Positions 57,696 to 64,000 of a stretch of 64,000 bases of DNA are shown piece after piece. The position numbers and the translations under genes were made by a program. The notes beneath the pieces are model-generated. The model was not told the DNA's origin. It saw only the letters and a program-made list of their open reading frames with translations, and ran no database searches. The DNA is from Candidatus Heimdallarchaeota archaeon (GTDB lineage: Archaea; Asgardarchaeota; Heimdallarchaeia; Heimdallarchaeales; Heimdallarchaeaceae): assembly GCA_030603365.1 (NCBI GenBank), contig JAUVXV010000002.1, positions 352,001-416,000 on the forward strand, read 5' to 3'. Position 1 is the stretch's first letter; each line of letters opens with the position of its first letter.

Positions 57696-58394
57696 TTGCA
57701 TATAATTGTGAAAGGAATATTCAGGAATGAAAGAGCTACTGAAATAGCAAATAATCGAACACCAATTAAATTCTTACCCAATGCTAAGATTATTCTTCAT
57801 TTAATTGCAGGAAAATCATCTACAATTGATAAGAACTATAACATCGAGTTGATTTCGAGAAATCCTAAACTCCTCAAACCCATCAAATATATGGGGATGG
57901 AATTAAGTCACACTTTTGATGGTTTTCTAACTCACACTTCAGATCTTTCAGGAGTTGCTAGATCATATGTTCACCTTTATCGTAAAGGTATAATTGAAGC
58001 TGTTGAAGGAAGTCTTTTTAAACCTGTAGCATCGAATTTGGAAATCCCTAGTATTGCATTCGAAGAAGAGATTCTGAAAGCTGTCCCTGATTATATTGAA
58101 GTTTTCAAACAAATTTCTGTTAATCCTCCTTTCAGTATTTATTTAACTTTAGTCCAGATTCGAGATTATACGATGAAATTGAATAAAGAAATTCTTGGTG
58201 TTCATCCTGTTCCTGTTGATAGAGATGAACTAAGACTACCAGAGATTTTTATTGAAGATTATGAACAAACAGTAGATATTCCCAGACTTTTTCAACCTTG
58301 GTTTGATGAAATATGGACTGTTTGTGGAATGTTCAAATCTTTCAATTACGATGAACATGGGAATTGGGGTTATGGATTGAACTCTAACAAGTGA
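57696..58394 (+). CDS. Hypothetical protein resembling the C-terminal domain of AlbA_2/Schlafen-associated proteins
   Basis: FRNER...IILHLI...YVHLYRKGIIEAV...LPEIFIE...FDEIW..CG..S.NYDEHGNW pattern. Confidence 0.5.
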   Translation: MHIIVKGIFRNERATEIANNRTPIKFLPNAKIILHLIAGKSSTIDKNYNIELISRNPKLLKPIKYMGMELSHTFDGFLTHTSDLSGVARSYVHLYRKGIIEAVEGSLFKPVASNLEIPSIAFEEEILKAVPDYIEVFKQISVNPPFSIYLTLVQIRDYTMKLNKEILGVHPVPVDRDELRLPEIFIEDYEQTVDIPRLFQPWFDEIWTVCGMFKSFNYDEHGNWGYGLNSNK

Positions 58395-58451
58395 AATCGT
58401 AATTTGACAAGTAGTATGATTTATAAATCGATATTTTGAACTCAAAGCATA

Positions 58452-59747
58452 ATGTCAGAAGAATATGATTTTGATGTTGCTATAGTTGGTGCAGGACCAG
58501 CAGGTATTGCAGCAGCTTTGACACTAGCACGAGCAGGAATAGAAACAGTTGTTCTAGAAAGAGGTCAATATCCTGGTTCTAAAAATGTTAGTGGCGCAGC
58601 ACTTTATGGTCCAGTACTACACGAACTAGTCCCAAACTACTGGGAAGATGACAAATCATTTGAAAGATACCTAACAACTAAGAAAATTTCTTTACTTTCT
58701 GAATCACGTTCTGTAACAATAGATGCAGATCTTAGAAATTTTTCTCAACCACCATATAATGGAGTTACAGTAATCAGACCTAAATTTGACAGATGGTTAG
58801 CAGAAAAAGCTGAAGAAGCAGGAGCTATGATTCTTCCAGATACCATGGTAGAGGATTTAGTATGGAAAGAAAAACAAGTTGTTGGTGTTAAATCAGGTGA
58901 AGAGGAACTCAAAGCTAAACTAATTATCATAGCTGAAGGAGCTAATAGTCTATTAGTTGAAAAAGCAAATTTGATGAAGAAACCCAAACCTAAGCATTAT
59001 GCTTTAGGTATGAAAGAAACATATGAACTTTCTAGTAAGAAAATAGAAGAAAGATTTCATCTTAGTGAGAATGAAGGTATAAGTAATGAAATTCTAGGGC
59101 ATACCAAAGGTATTCCAGGAGGAGGTTTTTACTATACAAATAAAGAGACAGTCTCTTTTGGTTTGATTTTGAACATGGATGTCTTGACTAAAAAGAAACT
59201 TGAAGCTCCAGATGTTTTTGAAGAATTCAAGAATCACTCTTACATAAGTAAACTTCTCAAAGATGCAAAGATGGTAGAATATTCCGCTCATATTATTCCA
59301 GAAGGTGGTTTTAAGCACATGCCAAAGCTGTATGGTAATGGTGTTTTAGTTGCTGGTGATGCAGCTGGAATGGTATTAAACGCTGGACTCTACATTGAAG
59401 GAATCAATTTTGCTTTAGAATCAGGCAGAATAGCTGGTGAATCAGCAATAGAAATTCTCAAATCTAATAAATTCAATAAAAGTGGTACAAAATTGTACAA
59501 AAAGAATCTTAAGAAAAGTTTTGCTTACAAAGATTTGAAAACATTCAGAAGAGCTTCGCATTTCTTAGAAAATAAGCATATGTTCACTACAGTGCCAGAT
59601 TTATTAACAGTATTAATGGAGAAACTTCTAAGAAATGATGGAAAACCCAGAAAAAGAATCGTTATGACTGCCATTGGTCATATACTAAGAAAAACACCTC
59701 TTTGGGGGATGTTTAAACTGTTATTAGGAGCGGTGAGATCATTATGA
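58452..59747 (+). CDS. fixC: FixC-type FAD-dependent oxidoreductase (ETF-quinone oxidoreductase flavoprotein)
   Basis: VGAGPAG, ERGQYPGSKNVSG, RPKFDRWLA, EYSAHIIPEGG, GDAAG. Confidence 0.9.
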   Translation: MSEEYDFDVAIVGAGPAGIAAALTLARAGIETVVLERGQYPGSKNVSGAALYGPVLHELVPNYWEDDKSFERYLTTKKISLLSESRSVTIDADLRNFSQPPYNGVTVIRPKFDRWLAEKAEEAGAMILPDTMVEDLVWKEKQVVGVKSGEEELKAKLIIIAEGANSLLVEKANLMKKPKPKHYALGMKETYELSSKKIEERFHLSENEGISNEILGHTKGIPGGGFYYTNKETVSFGLILNMDVLTKKKLEAPDVFEEFKNHSYISKLLKDAKMVEYSAHIIPEGGFKHMPKLYGNGVLVAGDAAGMVLNAGLYIEGINFALESGRIAGESAIEILKSNKFNKSGTKLYKKNLKKSFAYKDLKTFRRASHFLENKHMFTTVPDLLTVLMEKLLRNDGKPRKRIVMTAIGHILRKTPLWGMFKLLLGAVRSL

Positions 59748-60046
59748 GCAAAGTACAATCTATTGAGGAAAAATTGGATCTAACAAAGTTTATATCAGAT
59801 CAGAATTATGCACATATTACTATTAATCCAGAGATTTGTAAATCGAAATGTACTACATTCCAATGTGTATATGGGTGTCCTTCAAGTTGTTACAAATTTA
59901 CCGAAGGTGACGAAGCTGAAGGACCTGTATCTTTTGATTACATTTCTTGTCTGGAATGTGGTACCTGTAAACTTGTATGTCCTCATGAAAGTGTTGAATG
60001 GCACTATCCTAAGGGCGGATTTGGTGTTGAATTCAAACATAGTTAA
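59744..60046 (+). CDS. fixX: FixX ferredoxin-like protein
   Basis: HI...C...CPSSCY...CLECGTCKLVCP...W.YPKGGFGV. Confidence 0.9.
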   Translation: MSKVQSIEEKLDLTKFISDQNYAHITINPEICKSKCTTFQCVYGCPSSCYKFTEGDEAEGPVSFDYISCLECGTCKLVCPHESVEWHYPKGGFGVEFKHS

Positions 60047-60125
60047 TTTTCTTAAAGCCAGATAGAAATATCTGAGCTTTAAGTTATCACATTTTTTCAT
60101 CCTTAAATATTCAAAAAACCTTTTT

Positions 60126-61394
60126 TTGTCAAGATATGTCCTTTGTGTGGTGGATATGAGAATTGAGAATATTCAAGCAAAAACACTCATTAGAACGAGT
60201 AATAGAAGCCCTCATCATATCCACATGAATCTATACCAAGGATGTTTTCACAACTGTGTATATTGTAATGGAACTGCTGAGACATACCATATGCATGATG
60301 ATTTTGGTTTGACAATTAAAGCTAAAGTGAATGCACCAGAGTTATTAGAAAGGTATCTTCTGAAAGAAGGGTATGTCCCTTTCAATCGCGATGGAAGAAT
60401 AACCTTAGATGAGTTTCTTTCAACACAAACTAAAACGAATACGAACTATGAATTGCCGAACTTTGTTCTGAGTTTATTTGGGAATGTATGTGACGTTTAC
60501 CAACCAGCAGAGGAAGAACTTGAACTAACAAGAACACTCTTGCAAATAGCATATGATTTTGGAGTTCCAGTAAGATTGCTGACAAAAAGCACATTAGTTT
60601 TGAGAGATTTAGACCTCCTCAAGAAAATTCATGACACCTCTTTCGCTCGTGTTGCTTTCACCATTACTCTTGCAGATGAGGAGGATCAAAGCAATTTTGA
60701 ACCAAATGCTAGCTCAACAGCTGAAAGGTTAGAAGCTTTGAGATTGTTAAGAAAAGAAGGAATTCCTTCTGGAGCATATATAACTCCTATTATACCTTTG
60801 ATCGGAGATACTGAGGAAAATCTAGGGCATCTCTTCAAGAAACTACAACAAATCAATGCAGAATTTGTTATTACAGGAGGGTTAACTCTGAAACCTGGTA
60901 GAAATAAGGACTCTTTCATGCAAGTTATAATAGATAAATATCCAGAATACTACTCACAAATATCCAATCTTTATTCAAATAATAGTCCTTATGGTCAACC
61001 AAACTCAGATGTAGCAAAAAGGTTAGATTTGCTCAAACCAGTTCAACAAGGATATGAACGAGCCAGAGAGTATGGTATTAATTTCTATGAACCCAGATTT
61101 ATTCCCAATGTTAAGTATAGGAAAAATCTTGAGGTGGCAACATATCTTGCGAGGATAGGATTTCTCAAAGAGGAAATATTTAGGGAAAATTATGGAGAAG
61201 CAAGAGAGTATAGAAATGCAGCCTCAAAGCTCGAATTTCTAGATAAAGACATTCAAGAAAAATCTGATTCTAAAATCAAGGGATTAGACTTTCCGGAATA
61301 CATAAAAAATCATATAATAGAAATAATTAGCACTGGAAAAAGTAATTATCTTGAAGAGAAAAACGATTTTGGAGAACTTTTTTACATTAAATAG
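60126..61394 (+). CDS. Spore-photoproduct-lyase-like (Rv2578c-type) radical SAM protein; probable start 60156
   Basis: NLYQGCFHNCVYC, KVNAPELL, DVYQPAE, LTKS.LVLRDLD, FEPNA..TAERL. Confidence 0.85.
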   Translation: MSRYVLCVVDMRIENIQAKTLIRTSNRSPHHIHMNLYQGCFHNCVYCNGTAETYHMHDDFGLTIKAKVNAPELLERYLLKEGYVPFNRDGRITLDEFLSTQTKTNTNYELPNFVLSLFGNVCDVYQPAEEELELTRTLLQIAYDFGVPVRLLTKSTLVLRDLDLLKKIHDTSFARVAFTITLADEEDQSNFEPNASSTAERLEALRLLRKEGIPSGAYITPIIPLIGDTEENLGHLFKKLQQINAEFVITGGLTLKPGRNKDSFMQVIIDKYPEYYSQISNLYSNNSPYGQPNSDVAKRLDLLKPVQQGYERAREYGINFYEPRFIPNVKYRKNLEVATYLARIGFLKEEIFRENYGEAREYRNAASKLEFLDKDIQEKSDSKIKGLDFPEYIKNHIIEIISTGKSNYLEEKNDFGELFYIK

Positions 61395-61462
61395 TTGGTT
61401 TTCACATACAAATTTGCCCTTTCCTTGCGATAGATTTTTGAATAAAGATTGAGAAAACATTC

Positions 61463-62332
61463 TTGAGTTTAATGAGTGATATTGATCAACTTAAAGAAAT
61501 TATCCCAGATGTTATTGCTGGATTTGTAAGATATGCGGATTATTTATCTGTTCCTGATATCTCTCCTATCAAAAACAAAGACACTCTTTTACCTGTTTTA
61601 AAGAGAATGAAAGAAGGGGGAGCTAATGGGTGCCTTTTCTACCTTTATGATGGAGAAATGGTTCAGTTTCTTAATACCCTTTATACAGAAATTAAAGATT
61701 TTCCAATTATGGTCATCGTTCGTTCAGCTGAAATAGGTAAAATTACAGAGCTACTCCAACAACTTGAATTTAAACCTTTTATGATCTTCCTTGATTACTC
61801 TATTGCAGATCAGAGAGACAATGAACTTGTAGTTAAATACACCAATGTTGTTTCAAAATACACTGAACATATTGGACTATTTAGTATAGAACCCATTGGA
61901 ACCGTATCGTTCTTTATTACAGCCAATCAACAAATTAAAACATACTTAATTCCGTTCAATATGTTAGGGTTTGGTGTTCAGAACCGAAGTTTGCTTGAAA
62001 TGATAGTTAATTCATCTGAGAATATATATATCACTATGAATCCGCTAGCTCAGGGAAGAATTAAGCCAAGGCAAGCCTTTGATTATATTACAACTCACAA
62101 AATCCATGGATCAATTGTTGAAATTGAGAATGTAGATATAAATTTAGAAGCGGTGAAATTTGCAAAATATTTCTTCGAAACACATGATTTTCTACAAATT
62201 GCTCTAGAATTTGAAGATCATGCTGAAGTTTGTGAAAACTGCGGTTTGGGAATGTACAGATATTTCCCACCATCAGGGGGAAGTGGTTTTTACTGTCCTC
62301 AATGCCAAACAACTAAAGATCTAGCAAAATAA
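61463..62332 (+). CDS. Hypothetical TIM-barrel (aldo-keto reductase-like remnant) with C-terminal zinc ribbon
   Basis: IPFNMLGF, MNPLAQGRI; CENCG...CPQC. Confidence 0.5.
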   Translation: MSLMSDIDQLKEIIPDVIAGFVRYADYLSVPDISPIKNKDTLLPVLKRMKEGGANGCLFYLYDGEMVQFLNTLYTEIKDFPIMVIVRSAEIGKITELLQQLEFKPFMIFLDYSIADQRDNELVVKYTNVVSKYTEHIGLFSIEPIGTVSFFITANQQIKTYLIPFNMLGFGVQNRSLLEMIVNSSENIYITMNPLAQGRIKPRQAFDYITTHKIHGSIVEIENVDINLEAVKFAKYFFETHDFLQIALEFEDHAEVCENCGLGMYRYFPPSGGSGFYCPQCQTTKDLAK

Positions 62333-62343
62333 CAAACCAGTAG

Positions 62344-62913
62344 GTGAACCAAATTAAACCATGTCCTTTCTGTGAAAGGTCAATCCCCGATATCTCAGCT
62401 TTTTGTTGTTATTGTGGTAAGGATGTTAGAAGAGTAGAACAACCTAAGCTAAAAAAAACCAACCTAGATCTGCAAAAATCAATTGGTAAGCTGAAAAAAC
62501 AAGCTATATCTTTTATTTCCAATTTAGAGACAAAAGTTGAAAATTCTACTTCGCTTTCATATGTAAATAAACAGAGAGTTCTTAATATTCTGAACCAGTT
62601 TCAATATAAAGAAAAGGGAGAACTAGAAGGTGATCCTGAAGAATTGTCTGAATGGGTAAAGAAGGTAGAAGAAGCAATTTCAGGAGAAAAATGCATTATT
62701 TGTTTACAAGAATTTGTGATAAAAGAAAAAGAACAACTAAATGTCATTTTATGTCCACATTGCAATTATGCTGGACACCCTAATCATTTTATTACGTGGT
62801 TGGATACAAGGAAAAAGTGTCCTATGTGTAGAAGTGATCTCGATAAGGACAGTTTACTTAGAGGTTACTTATCAGAAAAAGATGAAAAACTAGTGTTTAC
62901 AAGTGAACCTTGA
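62344..62913 (+). CDS. Zinc-ribbon plus RING-finger protein (putative E3 ligase-like)
   Basis: N-terminal CPFC...CCYCG; C-terminal CIIC...CPHC...GHPNH...W...CPMCR. Confidence 0.75.
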   Translation: MNQIKPCPFCERSIPDISAFCCYCGKDVRRVEQPKLKKTNLDLQKSIGKLKKQAISFISNLETKVENSTSLSYVNKQRVLNILNQFQYKEKGELEGDPEELSEWVKKVEEAISGEKCIICLQEFVIKEKEQLNVILCPHCNYAGHPNHFITWLDTRKKCPMCRSDLDKDSLLRGYLSEKDEKLVFTSEP

Positions 62914-62926
62914 TTAAGAAACATTT

Positions 62927-63727
62927 TCAACTTTTCTTCTTCTCTCTCATCTCTTGTTTATATTTGTTCAGAAGATGTTTATACTCTTCTGCTTCTGCAC
63001 CAGGATCTTCTGAATAAACTATAGGGCCCCCAACACATATCATTGCGTTATTATCAAAATGATAAATTAGACTTTTGATAATCAAATGTTCATTCCCATA
63101 GATGGGTGCAAGGGCAAGTATATTAGGCCCTATTGTTTCTTTTAGTTTTCTTACATCTTTAACATCAATGTGTTCTGCATTACCTATCCAAAAACCATCT
63201 ACTTGAGTTTTTTTACATCTTTCTGCCACATACAAGAATAATGGTTGTTCATTAACAGCAGCAATTTTGTAAAACATAGATTCTGGATTTGACAACAAGG
63301 TTAAAACAATAATCCCTAATTGTTTCTGTCTAGCAAGGAGTGAGGCTTTGTCTATATTAGCACTAAAGGGGGAGAAAGTAAATGCATCAAAGTTTTCTTC
63401 TTTGAACCAAAAAATGGCTGAATCATTTGAAGTATCTATGTCTCCAAGTTTATGGTCTATTATTGACAACATATCATTCTGATGAATAAAAATATTAATC
63501 TGTCTAATTTCATCAGCAGTTAAACCGATTAAATACTGTCTGTTAAGCTTTACAGCACTACAATAAGGAGCAACTTCACTAATGATTTTTTTCATAAAGT
63601 TAATTCGATTATCATCGGGCATAACATGTCTTGATCGCTGTGAAGGTAAAGCTGGATCAAGACTAACACAAAGTAAGCTATCTTTCTTCTTTGAAATCTC
63701 CTTATACTTTTGAATAAACTGTGACAT
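62927..63727 (-). CDS. pyrF: Orotidine-5'-phosphate decarboxylase
   Basis: LCVSLDP, AVKLN, IDHKLGDI, TFSPF, LTLLSNP. Confidence 0.85.
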   Translation of the reverse strand: MSQFIQKYKEISKKKDSLLCVSLDPALPSQRSRHVMPDDNRINFMKKIISEVAPYCSAVKLNRQYLIGLTADEIRQINIFIHQNDMLSIIDHKLGDIDTSNDSAIFWFKEENFDAFTFSPFSANIDKASLLARQKQLGIIVLTLLSNPESMFYKIAAVNEQPLFLYVAERCKKTQVDGFWIGNAEHIDVKDVRKLKETIGPNILALAPIYGNEHLIIKSLIYHFDNNAMICVGGPIVYSEDPGAEAEEYKHLLNKYKQEMREKKKS

Positions 63728-63837
63728 TTACTTATTCACAAGGAGAAAACGACCTATATTACTTATAAAGTTATATTGTCATGCAAATCTTTTTCAATTA
63801 ATTAAATGAGGATACAATAGATATTGGGGCGACAATA

Positions 63838-64000
63838 ATGTCCAATACAAACACTCCAGATAGTTATATTGATGCTCAAGAAAAATTAATGACTCTAAAT
63901 CTTCTTCAGATAGCTTATAAAAAATTTGAGAAACTTGATAGCTTCAAGTCATATCTTCAAGAAAACGGTGTTGAAGTTTCTGTTGCTAATCTTTCCAGAT
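63838..64000 (+). CDS. 5' part of a probable HTH-containing protein (possibly HTH-phosphoribosyltransferase), truncated by the window edge
   Basis: Open frame MSNTNTPDSYIDAQEKLMTLNLLQ...GVEVSVANLSR, divergent from pyrF. Confidence 0.5.
   Translation, partial: MSNTNTPDSYIDAQEKLMTLNLLQIAYKKFEKLDSFKSYLQENGVEVSVANLSR

Noticed and set aside
469-62312. Numerous 60-140 aa ORFs antisense to or nested in the called genes
   Set aside because: They lie within well-supported CDSs and have antisense-typical composition.

Overview
AT-rich archaeal chromosomal segment, most likely from an Asgard archaeon (Heimdallarchaeia-like). This is an inference from archaeal LonB, class I CCA/ThpR, Trm11 and geranylgeranyl reductase occurring together with eukaryote-signature-like genes: a longin-like protein, a GATOR2-type RING protein and a Pol delta/zeta-like PolB. 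Most of the window is housekeeping or metabolic: kbl, an RNA-processing cluster (cca-like, thpR, rnz, trm11, prs), lonB, radical SAM enzymes, larA, tldDE, a MacB-type ABC system, fixABCX, pyrF and tRNA-Gly(CCC). Two accessory zones stand out. (1) 4.7-8.5 kb: a LVIVD/PEF-CTERM surface-protein gene sits between two diverged 96-bp copies of the kbl 3' end, next to three GTCG-N11-CGAC-type palindromes. (2) 22-30 kb: two SufS-like paralogs that both lack the PLP lysine bracket a 735-aa TnpB/Cas12-like RuvC nuclease gene with no transposase or CRISPR array in the window. The nuclease gene is followed by an omega-RNA-like run of hairpins, and the sequence in the guide position recurs at 18/20 nt about 3 kb away, upstream of the second SufS-like gene. 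An unexplained ~140-nt structured RNA candidate lies in the same interval. Several other enzymes look catalytically altered: the CCA-like protein, the PolB exonuclease domain and an ABC ATPase carrying an IscU-like insertion. All family calls come from motif recognition by eye; no database searches were run.
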